DNA from: Octopus sinensis
Lineage: Eukaryota
Assembly (NCBI RefSeq): GCF_006345805.1
Contig: NC_043004.1
Location: forward strand, 6,572,001-6,636,000
DNA length: 64,000 nt
Direction of reading: 5' to 3'
Both the position numbers and the translations under genes were made by a program. The notes beneath the pieces are model-generated. The model was not told the DNA's origin, searched no databases, and was given only the letters and a program-made list of their open reading frames with translations. This document shows, in pieces, positions 1 through 12,474 of this stretch. The stretch's first letter is position 1. Every line of letters begins with the position of its first letter.

Positions 1-36
1 GTAATGATGATGATGATAGCAACATAGGCAGTATTA

Positions 37-266
37 ATCCTTTAGCCTTTAAGCCAGCCATATCTGGGCCATGCATGCTACCTGTTTTATTTTCTAACCA
101 TCCAGATCCGGCCTACCACACTACCCTTCAGCACCATTCTGAAAATATACAATCACATCACCAAAATTTCATACCCATGAAATAATGCATGATTAATAAA
201 AAAATAAATAATTTGAATGAAAAAGTATTACATTTGGCAGAATTATCTGAATGCTAAAGGATTAAA
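37..266. mobile_element. TTAA-bounded MITE (ttaaccctttagcatt…aatgctaaagggttaa family); further copies at about 3166-3540, 5017-5613, 31900-32105 and 48315-48525
   Basis: Terminal inverted repeats and TTAA ends, piggyBac-like. Confidence 0.65.
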
Positions 267-2229
267 CATGGCTGTTCTGTTAGAACAGACTATACTGTGG
301 TAGTTATCATGAGAGAAATTCTCATATTGGCTTTTAGTGCAAAATATACTCTTGTTTATATTGCTGCTGAGGAGAGACATCCCCACCAGCACCAAGATCA
401 CCAGATCCCGTAATTTCAACCTTTCTTGGTTTTGTCAATGATGGATGCTTGACTGCTAGAGATAGGGATTCAACTCCCAATGATATATGGAATAACAATG
501 CCAGAAAATATGCTGGTGTTGTGATTAGCCACTGAGCTTGTTAAAAATATAATTTTTAACAAGCTCACTGGGTGTACGTCATTGCTGGCAGGTTTATGCA
601 GTTGAGAAGCTTGCTTCCCAACTACATCGTCACAAGTTCAGGTCCACTGTGTGGCACCTTGGATGAGTGTCTTCTACTGTAGTCCCAGGCTGACCAAAGC
701 CTGCCTCATGGGTGAGTTTAGTTGAAGGAAAGTGAAAGAAGCCAGTCATGTATGTGTACCTTTTACCTTGACCTCACATGATGGCCGTAAATGAGCATCA
801 CCATCATACAAGGGGTGTTGATTGTTTCTGGTCTACCATGGAAAAATGTGTCTGTTCATAGGAAATATTAACTTGCTTGGAAACAGGTGAGGGCTGGGGA
901 CAAAAAATGTAACTGGCTGTTGAAAATATACCTCAACAAATTCAATCTGACCCATGTATGCATGAAAAGGAGGGTAGATGATAATGATGGTGAAATGCTG
1001 CACAACTTTGGAAACCGTCTTTTTGGTCGTGATACTAGAGATATAAGGGACTAACAAAAGATTTTTCTGTACTCCATGTTTTCCATACTGGTATCATTGG
1101 ATGGTTTGACAAGATCTGGTGAGCTTCAGGGCTGTGTCAAGCTTCAATGTCTGCTTTGGCATGGTTTCTACAACTGACGGTGAAGGCCCCCTCGGCTTTG
1201 TAGGTGGTGGGTGGGTACTTGAGAGGGCAGGATTATACTAGATTTCAAGAGGTGTCTTGCTATAGAGGAGATGCATGGCTATCAGGTATATTATATAAAG
1301 GTGGATGGGAGTAGTTGGAAAGAAACTAGAGATGGTGGTGAAATCTGGAATAAATTCATTCTCACTTCCAGTGTTTCTGCTAAACTTGGTATCATCATCA
1401 TTTTTTACTTCCTTGTTGGCATTGGTTGGATGGTTTGAAAGGAACTGGTCGATGCCCTTCCTAACGCCAGCGACTATACAGTGTGTACTGAGTGCATTTT
1501 ATGTCGTATCTGCACCAATGCTTTGTTATCTCTACTGGAAATAGTCAATGAATGTGATGCGAGTGTTAATTTAGTTCAGGTGTAGAACATTATAAAGATG
1601 ATGTGTGGACTGGAGGAATGTCTCTCCTCTCCATCCCACCCACCCCTTATTTATTTGGCACAAATTTCAAATCATGAAATGTTAGGAAAGGTTCCGCATG
1701 CATGTGTTTATCTTGTGAGGTCATGTTATTCATTCATGGCCCTAGAAACCTTCTCAAGTCCTGACAGACTATGCAACCCATGCCGGTATGGAACATGGAT
1801 GTTAATTGACAATGATGATTTATAATTACAGGCAGTATTTAGTGGATGGGTTGGTAATTAAGGACATTGAGTGGCAGGCTGTTAAAACAGTTATATCTTT
1901 CAGATGTTGATGATTAGTAGCAATGCTAATGATAGATCTCTTTGGGATTCTGGTTGGGTTTTGATATTATTTGGAGCTCTTATAGTCTCTGTCTTATTTT
2001 TATCGGTAGTAGTAGTAGTACAGCATTGTGCTAAGCAGATTTGTTATGTCATTGGACAAAATGCTCAGCAGCATTTCTTTCTGCTTTATGTTTGTGTTCA
2101 AACTCCACCAAACTTTGCTTTTCGTCATTTTGGGATCGATAAAATAGGTACCAGTTATGCACTTGAGTCAATGTAATCACTAATTTTCTCCCCCAAAAAT
2201 ATGGGTCTTGTGCTTATGGTAGAAAGAAT

Positions 2230-2575
2230 TATTATTATTATTATTACCTCCAACTTAGCGAAGGTGGGGGTATTGTTTTCATTCGTGTTTGTTTGTCTCA
2301 AGAATCACTGGATGAATTCAGATGAAACTTTCAGGGATGTTTGGCACAAATTGATTAGATTCGGGGATTGGTCTGGTACCCGACAAGGATTCTGGTTTAT
2401 TTTTCCTGTTCTTTTACTTTTTGAGAGCAGTCGGGTTCATTTTTAGTATTCTTATTTGTGAGAGCAATCAAGTTTATTTCAGATATTCTCATTTTAAAAA
2501 GCATCTCAGGCTAATCGTTGAGAGAACATTGGTGTTGCTTTGGAGGTTTGCACTCTTTGAGTGTTCTTGTTGTTG
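2230..2575 (+). mobile_element. Interspersed repeat (DINE/HINE-like); related copy at about 26318-26625
   Basis: Shared ttattacctcc…gtattgttttc…ttcagatgaaactttcagggatgtttggc…gacaaggattctgg blocks in both copies. Confidence 0.6.
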
Positions 2576-2622
2576 TTGTTGCTATTGGTGGTGGTGGTAA
2601 GAATTATCATTTTTATTTTTAG

Positions 2623-2733
2623 CAAACCGACTGAAATTGAAAGTGATCCAAACATTCTGATGAGGAGACAGAAGGACATTGATTATGGCATGAACACAAT
2701 TGGTTACGACAATTACGTCAAAGTGATTCCAAG
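2623..2733 (+). CDS. SLBP: SLBP (histone RNA hairpin-binding protein), internal coding exon, first half of the RNA-binding domain; upstream exons not identified
   Basis: Acceptor ttttattttttag and donor AG|GTAATA. Translation KPTEIESDPNILMRRQKDIDYGMNTIGYDNYVKVIP(R) aligns by eye with the human SLBP RBD [32 protein letters not shown]. Confidence 0.93.
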
Positions 2734-2874
2734 GTAATATTTTCTTTTCACTTAAACAATTCTTGTTCTCAAATTTTACAGATTTATTTTATTTTAAGAA
2801 TATTCACAAATGCTGTATAAAACATGTAATATTTCATCAATGGTGGGTGCTCATCTTCTCTTTATTCTTTGCAG

Positions 2875-3006
2875 GCATAAACGGAAAAAGACTCATCCCA
2901 AAACTCCTAATAAGTACCAGAAATGTAGTCGCAGGTCATGGGATGGACAGATGAGGAATTGGCGTATTGCACTCCATCAATTTGATAACGTTACTAGTTT
3001 ATCACG
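2875..3006 (+). CDS. SLBP: SLBP coding exon, second half of the RNA-binding domain
   Basis: Acceptor tttattctttgcag, donor CG|GTAGGT, phase-compatible with the previous exon. (R)[37 protein letters not shown] contains the diagnostic HPKTPNK and SRRSWD..W..ALH motifs. Confidence 0.95.
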
Positions 3007-3576
3007 GTAGGTACTCTAAATTTGGTACATAACTGAGTTCTTAACTATTTTGTAACCAGAGCAAGCAGCGATGTTTGTTTTCACCTAAAAGCAAAATCTT
3101 ACAGGTACCTCCTCCTGCTCTTCGTTTTGACTTAGTAGTTTACTGCTGAAGCAAGTTGTATATCTTTAAACCCTTCAGCATTTAATCTGATCAGATCTGG
3201 CCTCTCAAACCCACCCCACAATGTCATTCTAAAAATAAACAGCAGCCAACCAAAGCCTTGTGAGTGAATTTGATAGGAAGAAACTGAAAGTAGCTCGTGT
3301 GTATATTTGTGTTTTGTCCCCCACCACCATTGCTTGGCAATCAGTGTTGGTGTGTTTACATCCCTGTAACATAGTGCTTCAACAAAAGGGACTGATAGCA
3401 TGAGTCTTGGGGTTAATGTCTTAGACTAAAACGCTTCAAGGCAGTGCCCCAGAATGGCCACGGTCATATGACTGAAGCAAGTAATAAAAGAATAAAAGGA
3501 CATTTGACTGACAGGGTAATCTGAATGCTGAAGGGTTAACTGCTGCTTTCACTGTTAAGGATATTGAATGGAAATA

Positions 3577-3847
3577 ACAATCGCAGTGTGGAAGGTGTTT
3601 ATAAGCCATTTACAAACACAAGAATCATTAGATTCACTTCAACATTTAAATTTTATTTGCCAAAATATTTTCTTGCTTCAAGACTGCTGACAAAATTCCG
3701 TGCTGCGGAACGGAATTTTGTCTGATCAGGTCGCAGTCTCAAAGTGACAAAAATATTTTGGCAAATTAAATTTAAATGCTGAAGTGACTCTAACAGCTTT
3801 TGTGTATTTTTTAAATGGCTTACAAATACCTTCAGTGCTGCAATTGT
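3577..3847. mobile_element. Palindromic (foldback) MITE in the last SLBP intron
   Basis: Arms of about 120 bp (gaaggtgtttataagccattt... and ...aaatggcttacaaataccttc) plus an inner hairpin gacaaaattccgt/acggaattttgtc. Confidence 0.85.
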
Positions 3848-3989
3848 TTTTGTTTCAGCACACGATTTCATATCAGGTCACTTGCTATGCAAGTGCATCT
3901 CCGTAACTGAAAATAAATTTTATCTTTAAAAAAAAAAAATAATAATAATTGCTTAAGAATTTTGTTAAATGTTCTTTTGTTCCTTTCAG

Positions 3990-4233
3990 AAGTGACTCAG
4001 TTACATCTGATAATTCGTCTGAAATTTCCAACAGTGCTGTCAGTGAAGAAGTTATTGAAGAAGAGGATATTGGTTTTGATATTGATATTGACCTTGCTCT
4101 TGAGTCACCTCCATTGTCTCCATCTAAGGATAGCCTGGCTTCGCCATTGGAAGAGACAGTAATGCTTACAGATCCATCTTCAGAGAATCATGTTCCTCGT
4201 GCAGTTCTAAGTGCAACTGATAACATCGAATAG
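3990..4233 (+). CDS. SLBP: SLBP terminal coding exon, acidic Ser-rich C-terminus
   Basis: Acceptor ttgttcctttcag; phase 2 joins correctly (tca cg|a agt). ORF SDSVTSDNSSEISN...VIEEEDIGFDIDID...ATDNIE*; an acidic tail after the RBD is typical of SLBPs. Confidence 0.82.
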
Positions 4234-4545
4234 TATATTGTTTTGAGCAGCATAAAAGAGTTTTCCATCATATAAAACGATTTAGTTAAGCTTCCTTCCT
4301 CATATAATATAATATATTTAATATTATATATAAAGCACAGACGACATTTTAACTTAACTTGATTCTCACTTATTCATTCATGTGTGTGTGTTTGTAAATT
4401 TGTGTGAGTTGATGGCTTTAAAAAAAAAAAAAGGCCTATCCATAGCTACACTATCCGGAAAGCTGATGTGTCCCCTAAATTTTTAATCTTCATATATTTC
4501 CATTCTATTTTATATTTAATGTATCATTGATTTTAATTTCTTGTA

Positions 4546-4566
4546 AATAAATTGAATTTGATTAAA
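4546..4566 (+). promoter_or_regulatory. Putative SLBP polyadenylation signals (AATAAA 4546-4551, ATTAAA 4561-4566)
   Basis: Two hexamers about 310 nt after the stop codon, followed by a GT/T-rich tract (gttgttttttatttttct). Confidence 0.5.
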
Positions 4567-5062
4567 AAGTTGTTTTTTATTTTTCTCTCCTTATAGTCTA
4601 CAGAAATATTATTAATGGGTGGGGCAATTGGTTTGTTATTTCGTCCATTGGTTTTGGTTATTCAACCAAGACTGTTGACATTGTAATCACAAAAGGTAAT
4701 GTCAAGTTAGGTGTGGTTTGAATTTAGTGTGTGACTAAATAATGACATTTCATCTAACACTCTACCAATTGTGCCCGGCATTCTGTTGGTGAGTGATGAA
4801 TTATGTTCAATGAGTTTTTCTTTTGGTTTCTTGATGCAGGATGTTATTGTTACAAAATCCTAATTTTTTAATATTGATATTTAATTCATTTATGTATGTC
4901 ACTCTCCTGAACTTACTACCTACTCTCCCTGTCCAGTTCTTTGTACTACTTGTGTTCACCTTCCTGTAACTGAAGGTATTCTCAGACACATCTTCACGAC
5001 CTCTTTTCCAAATCATACTTTAACCTTATAGCATTTAAACTGGTCCAAATATTCTGTTTTGT

Positions 5063-5456
5063 AAATTAGAAAATTACTATTTTTAAATCTCACAACGTGA
5101 GATATTCAGCAACAGTACTTTGTAGTAAAGGTTGTTTGCCAACATAACATGGCAGTCCTGGTTTAGGGCTAATGTTGCTGTGATTTAGCCCCAGGAGCCA
5201 TCGTCTCCAGCTGTGTCCTTGTATTTTTGAACAAGGGAATCTAGCACCCCCACTCAGCTCAAAACAATATCTGTGTATCATGAAGTAACCCAGAAATTGC
5301 AATACAAAGATATTGTTTTAAGCTGAGTGTGGGTGCTAGATTCCCTTGTTTGAAAATATAAGGACACAGATCATGTCATATAGCCAGCTGGAGACGATGT
5401 CTCCTGGGGCTGAATTACAGCAACATTAGTTCCAAACCATGTTATGTTGGCAAACA
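5063..5456. mobile_element. Foldback insertion (arms 5132-5278 and 5302-5457) with a 12-bp target-site duplication, nested in a TTAA-type MITE
   Basis: attctgttttgt occurs at 5051-5062 and 5457-5468; arms of about 150 bp are reverse-complementary with a 23-nt spacer. Confidence 0.85.
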
Positions 5457-8400
5457 ATTCTGTTTTGTGTTCAAAGATCTGGCCTCTTACATTTACCCTG
5501 TAGTGTCCTGAAAATATACAATCACAATTTTGAAGCTACTACGTGATTAATTTTTTAAAATGTGGGTAAATAAGTATGAAATTTGACACTAATCTGAATG
5601 CTAATGGATTAACTTTCTATTACTTGCCATAAAACTGCTTCCCTCGAAACTACTCACCAGTGAAGGGACCTTGGTGACACATAAGCATCCAGTACACTCT
5701 ATTATAGAGGTTGGTGTTAGGAGGGACATCCAGCCATAGAAACCATGCCAAAGCAGACATTTGCTGTTTGGAGCAGTCCCTTAGCTCTTGTCTGACTGTC
5801 CTATCCATCACAGCAAATGTAGAAAATATGTAAGTAAGAAGACAATTGCTGAGTGTTAAAGTTGTACAAAAGAGGGAGTTGACTGGGTGCTTCCAGAGAC
5901 AGTAACATGGTGAGAAAGGAAGTACATGGTATACAGCTTAATAGCTGAAAGGTACTTAGACCATTGTTTTTGAAATAGAAAAGTCAGGGAGAATGTTAAC
6001 AGATTGTGTTTTCTAGTATTATGACCTACTTGTATTTTCTTTTTAAGGCCTTTTCCATTTTGTTTTGATGATGATGTTCCAGAAAAAATTGTACATGCCA
6101 TCAATATTCTCTTGAAAGACTCAATGGGCAATATGAAAGCTGTTTTGTTTGTTTGTATTTAAAGAGTTACAATCGCATTAGAGTATGCTGCAATTATTGC
6201 AGCTGACCAATCTGCCAGGTTTTCACTTCCCAAAAAAGATGGGGCAAGATATTGCATTGTTATCAGATCTAGTTTAAGGTCAACTACTGCTGAGAACAGA
6301 AATTTCAGTTGCTCAAATTAGCCGACACTGAGGGGGAAGATTGTCGATTTCGTTTTTATGATGCCTGTTGTGAGATGATTGAATGAATCCCCCCCCCCTC
6401 ACAATGTAAATAGAATAAAATGCAGACCACTGATATTCCATTTGGTTAGCTTGACTTTAATACCAATCGCAAACGTCACAACCTCACGTCTTATAGAATC
6501 TACTGAGTGCTTAACTAATCATTAATTTGGTCAATAAATCAGAATTTGTCAGTCCTTTTGTCACCATTCACAATTTTGTCAATGACATGTCTCCTCTACT
6601 CATGGTTTGTCTATTGAGTACTGATGAATTACACCTCACCCATGCAGAGCATATAATACTATGCACACACAAATGTGTGTATATTAATCTACCAATGTAC
6701 AAGGGGGTGCTGAAAAGATCCTGGCTTTGGTAAAAATCATTATCATCATTCTACCGTGGTCGAGACAATGGAATTTACTATGTTATGCCAGACCTCACGG
6801 TCCATCATAGCATTACAGAGGTCCTATTGCTGGATGCCTGTATCCATGGAGATTACATCAGGATAGGAGAGTGTGCGCTCTCTGGTATTGTGAGTAGATG
6901 GCTTCCAGAGGAGAAGAGTAGAAATTACCTCGTTTTCAGCCCTACAACAATGTCCAGCAAACTGGACTCTTCTACCTTTCACAAGAGATGATACAGTTGG
7001 TAATTTCCCATATATTTGTACTTTGGTTGGATGATGCTTCCATGAGAGAATTTGAGTAAAAAAGGAGGATCAGTTAATTATGATTTTATTCAACATATTC
7101 CCCTTTCAGATTCATCCACTTATTGCTGTGGTCCTTCAGTTCTAAGTCCTTTAAAAGAACACAGAAGGTTGGGCCTCCAATCAAGCTTTTCAGCATCCTA
7201 CATATGTTTACTAATATATCTGTGTGCATTTATTAATCCAACATATAAGCCTTTTTTTTTTTTTTTTGCTTTTCGTCTGGTTGGTAAGGTGGGCAGAAGC
7301 AGTCTGCCATATCTACTGAAATACCAGATTTATGCTGTGGTGTTTGAACAGGTGTGTGTATACATGTGGATTCGTAAATGATTTTATATGGCTTTTTTTT
7401 CTTCTTTTAATGTGATGGTTTCCATTTAATGTAATCTCTTGTATGGGTTATAAAGATGTGTCATGGTTGTATTTAAATGATCTTTATGCCAACATTACTC
7501 AGCATGCCATCTTTATCCTTAGCATGCTGAGAGTACTGAGTTAATGTTTTATCACAATGTTCCTTCCAATGATCATCCATTCTTTCAGCTGGACTCCTTG
7601 CAGTCTTACCAGTAACTGCTGTTGTGATCAAGTTCTTCTATTCACCCCTTCCTTACATTTTAATTAATAAACTACTTAAAAATTTGATTATATTTTGTGG
7701 ACAATATATATTGGTTTCAAATTGTGGCACGGGTCCAGCAATTTCAGGGGATGGGATAAGTCAATTACATTGACAAGTATTCGTTTTCATTTGAGCAAAC
7801 ATGTAACATAAAATGAGTGGTTTGCTCCAGAACACAATTCTCTGTCCAGTACAAGAATGAAACTTATGATCTTAGTCATATTTGCTTACCTTGTGGGAAA
7901 GACAATAATATTAAAAATGAATCTTTGTTCAGATTAGTCAAAATATGAGACTTGCTTACTGCTTATGATAGCATCGATCTAAGACATTCATCTTCCTCTG
8001 CCTCCAGCATATCATTTCTCATGGGAGTAGATGTGGATGATAAGGCTGTTACCAGTTAGGCAGATCCTGTGACACTGGGAGCACTGAAAGTGACCCCAAA
8101 CAACAGCTGCTCTACTTCACCACTACCACTTGCCAAAAAAAAAAAATAGAAATGCCATTTACGAACATATTTTATGTATAGACTTGGTTTTTTTATTTAT
8201 ATTCTCAATATAAACACACACACCAGCTTTTCCCCATTCAGTGAATAAAATCACATCTAACTGTTCCAGTCAGCTGTTACATGATTCTTATCTTCTGTGG
8301 ACATTTACCTCAATGGTTCTCAACCATTTCTTTTGCGTATGGACTTCTTTGGTTACCATTTAACTATGGTGGAAACCGTCCACCCCTCCCCCTAAATATT

Positions 8401-8539
8401 TGTTGTTTAAAAAACTAGTTTCATACATACTTCTTCCAAAATTTCTATTTTATTTTTCATACATTCACTTGTGTACATTTGCAATAAACATTCACAGAGA
8501 GAACAATTTTTTCAGTGGCCAGAAACATCCTAAACTACA

Positions 8540-8768
8540 AACTTAATGGCGGCGAGCTGGCAGAATTGTTAGCACGCCGGGTGAAATAATTAGCGGTATT
8601 TCGTCTGCCACTACATTCTGAGTTCAAATTCCGCCGAGGTCGACTTTGCCTTTCATCCTTTTGGGGTCGATAAATTAAGTACCAGTTATGCACTGGGGTC
8701 GATGTGATCAACTTAATCCCTTTGTTTGTCGCCTCTATGTTTAGCCCCTTGTGGGCAATAAAAAAATA
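8540..8768 (+). mobile_element. tRNA-type SINE (ggcggcgagctggcaga family), intact, with a 19-bp TSD
   Basis: agaaacatcctaaactaca occurs at 8521-8539 and 8769-8787; A-rich tail; box-B-like gagttcaaattcc. Confidence 0.9.
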
Positions 8769-10516
8769 AGAAACATCCTAAACTACAGAACATCAGAGAA
8801 ACTGATCTGTTTCTTGCAATAAATACATTTACAGTAAAATTTTATCATGAACCTTTAAAACATTTCTGTCGATCCCCAATTTACTATTTTCCTTCTGTAG
8901 ACTCCCTTCCCTCCCACCAAAAAAAAACTTATAAGGACCAAGTTGTAATATTCTACAATAGATATACCATTTATTAAAGTTAAGTAATTACAATGTAAAA
9001 AGCAGCCGACTTTCTTTGTGAAATTCCCCTGAAAACTTTCTCCCAAGGCCTTAACACATCTACTTTTACCAATAGCTTTTACTCAATTACACACAGTAAC
9101 AATTATCCAAGTGTTCATTATATTATAGACATACTCCACTCCAAAATATTTTGATGTCTCTATAATGGTTCAATGTAACTTTCCTTTTCTCTACATCCTG
9201 TGCGTCTAATGTTCTATCTGCTGCTAAAATGTCTTTTGCTGGACATCCACTTCCTGGAATGAGACAACTGGGTGCAGACTGAATGCTGGACATTCAACCT
9301 GTTTTGGTAACAATATCTTTTTGCACTGGAAACAGACACACACATACGCATGTATGTGTGCACAGAATTATACGCATACAGAGAGGAGTGTGACATTACA
9401 ATTTATTAATTGGACATGGCTAATGTAAACACTTTCTCTCTCTTCATACACGTGAAGAGAAATATAAGTAAAAAGAGAGAGAGAATGTGAGAAACATTAA
9501 AATGTCTGATGTCAAATTGCATTGAATCAACAATGACAAACAGGCAGGGCAAAGACACCTCATACCCTCCACTTCTTCCATTGGCTTGACTTCCAGGCAA
9601 AGCTGTGTGGTAAGAAGTTTGCCTTCCAGTCACATAGTTCTGGGTTCAATCCCAGTGTGACACCTTGAGCAAGTGTCTTCTGCTACTGCCCAAGCCAACC
9701 AAAGCATGAGCAGATCTGGTAGATGGAAACTGAAAGAAGCCTGTTGTATGTGTGTGTATGTATGCATCATCATCACTATTTAACGTCCGCTTTCACTGCT
9801 GGCATGGGTTGGACAGTTTGACAGATGGCTGCACCAGGCTCCAATCTGATCTGGCAGAGTTTCTACAGCTAGATGCCCTTCCTAACTGCATAGACATAGA
9901 TATATCTGTATACATGATGGAGTCTCCCATTGATGATGATGTATGAGTGTTCAGCTTTTGCTAAACAACCTGCACAGCTAATTTGTTTATAGCAAAAAAA
10001 AATATAAATATCAAGCTTTGAAAAAACTAAGTATTGGTGTCAATTCATTTGACTAAGACCCTTCAAGGCGGGGCCCCAGCATGGCCACAGTCCAAAGACT
10101 GAAACAGGTAAAAGATAAAGCTCAAACAGTTAAATAATGTTTAATAATATCAAAACATGAATACTATGTATTCCAAGAGATTCCTAATAGAAGGTTGGCC
10201 CTTTAATTACATATAATATTGCACATTAAATTATAACTGTCATCTTCTACAAGTCTTACAGTTATTAATATTTCAAAAACCACATCAAGAAGACTTGCCT
10301 TCCTTTTAAAGAAATACTTCAGTTCTGAGCAGCAGTTGACACGTCACAATCTCTAGTGTATTCTTATCATTAGAATGATATACTTCTCTTTGTAAGTAGA
10401 ATCCTTGAACATATTCACAACTAAGTCACAGACAGAACTGCCAGATTTCCTTTATTGTAAAACACATACAAAGAAACAAAATTTTAAGAAGCAGAACAAT
10501 AGAATATTCCGTTCTA

Positions 10517-11085
10517 CTATAGGCACAAGACCTGCAATTTTGGGGGAGGAGGTTTGTCGATTACATCAACGCCAGTGTATGACCGGTACTTAATTTATCG
10601 ACCCTGAAAAGATGAAAAGCAAAGTTGACCCTGGTGGAATTTGAGCTGAAAATGTAAATGTGGCTAAGCATTTTGTCCAGTGAGCTAATGATTCTGCCAG
10701 CTCATTGCCTTAACTTTGCTGCTATAAGCACAAGGCCTGCAATTTTGGTGGAGGAAACAAGTCGATTACATTGACCCCAGTGCATGACTGGTTCTCTTAA
10801 TTTATCAATGCTGAAAAGATGAAAAGCAAGGTCAATCTCAGCAGAATTTGAGCTGAGAACAGAAATGCTGCTCAGGATTGTATCCAGCATTCTACCTGCT
10901 CATTGCCTTAATAAGCTCTCTACAATAAGTTCAAGGCCTGTAATTTGGGGAGAAGGCGCCAGTCAATTACATTGACCCCAGTGCTGGATTGGTCAAGAAT
11001 AAAAGGTACAGAATTTGAACTCAGAATGTAAATATTGCTAAGCATTTTGTTCAGCATAGCAATGATTCTGCCAGCTGGTTGCCTT
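10517..11085 (-). mobile_element. Three head-to-tail diverged copies of the ggcgagctggcaga SINE family
   Basis: Units at about 10517-10713, 10722-10911 and 10924-11085, each ending ...gccagctcattgcctta on the + strand. Confidence 0.75.
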
Positions 11086-11609
11086 AGAACAATAGAATAA
11101 CAAATAGCTTTTAATATCTATATGAATTTATATAAGATTGATTCTACTGTATCCAAAATGGTCCCGAATTCTTCATTTAAGTGGCCGTCAAATATGTACC
11201 AGGGTCAAAAATTCTAGCATATTAAGTCTGAGCCTCTGAACTGCCATTGAAAATCACATCATTTGTAAATATATTTGTTGAATATTTCTAACTAAAAACA
11301 AGTTGAAATGATGGCATATCATCATCATTATCAACATCATCAATTAACTTTCATTTTTCCATGCTTGCATGGATCAGATGGAATTTGTTGAGGTAAACAA
11401 ATTCTATCTATGTCGCAAATAGCCAGCAAATTAATTATTTGCAACGGCTTATCAAAAATTAATTATAGTGATATTCTATATATCACAGAAACGAGATTCA
11501 ACTGGCAAACAGTGATCGGATGCTTCCCACTTATGATTTCCAGTAGAATGAAATCATGTGATACAGGAATTCTGATGCTCATGACAGATGATTCTCATTT
11601 GCTACAGTC

Positions 11610-12471
11610 TACAGGGTTCGAAGGCTAAATTGTCACCATTTTACGCATGCACATTGTTTTTGATTTTGTCGTCTATGTGGTATAGCAGGGCTAGATGGGC
11701 ACTATAGGTGAGAAAAACAGCACCATGACACAATTCCCTCTGCCAGAAATTTAGAAACGACAAGCTGTACTGCCTATCATTCACACTGGAAGCTCCAATA
11801 CAAATATTTCAGAGTGTTTGGGTGTCAATCTGATGATAGTACAATCTGAGGACATGTACCAAGAGTGATAAAAATCAAACATCCAGTCAACATCATGGTG
11901 TTTGGAGTGATCGCTAGTGCTGGTGACATTATACTTCCATTCATCTTCCCACATGGCCTCTGACTCAACACAGAGGCCTACATTAAGTGCCTGGAGGAGG
12001 TAGTGCTGCCCTGGGTGAAGAAGGTGGCTGCTGGAAGTCCCTATGCCTGGCAACAGGGCTCTGCACCATGCCACACAAGCAGGAGAACCCAGTCATGGCT
12101 GTCAGACAATTTCTACAACCACATCACTCCTAACATTTGGTGATGTAACTCCCCAGACTGCAACCCCCTTTATTATGTGTGGGATGCAGTTGAGTGAGAG
12201 ACCATCGAAACCCCTTGTAACACCAAAAATGAAATGAAGGCAAGGATTATGGCAGCATTCACCAACTTAAACAAGGAGAGTTGCAGGAGATTCTGAAGTC
12301 ATCTGGAGGTCATGGTTGAAGCCAATGGCAATTTTATTGAATAAATTTACTCTTTAGTATTTAAAGATATTTTTATGTAATTTTGGTAAATATATCTGTT
12401 AAAATAAGATGTCATTGTTATTTTCATGTTTCCGTAATCTAGAGAAAATAGTTTATTCACTGCACTCTGTA
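11610..12471 (+). mobile_element. Internally deleted Tc1/mariner (DD37D/maT-type) element with degenerate TIRs and TA termini
   Basis: Ends are ta|cagggt and actctg|ta. Decayed transposase HPVNIMVFGVI...EAYIKCLEEVVLPW...WQQGSAPCHTSRRTQSWL...SPDCNP.YYVW. Confidence 0.85.
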
Positions 12472-12474
12472 TGC

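Noticed and set aside
1904-2176. ORF after a ctttcag acceptor as a possible upstream SLBP exon
   Set aside because: No SLBP N-terminal motifs (SFTTP, DW-x3-VEE), no clear donor, and it runs into SINE sequence.
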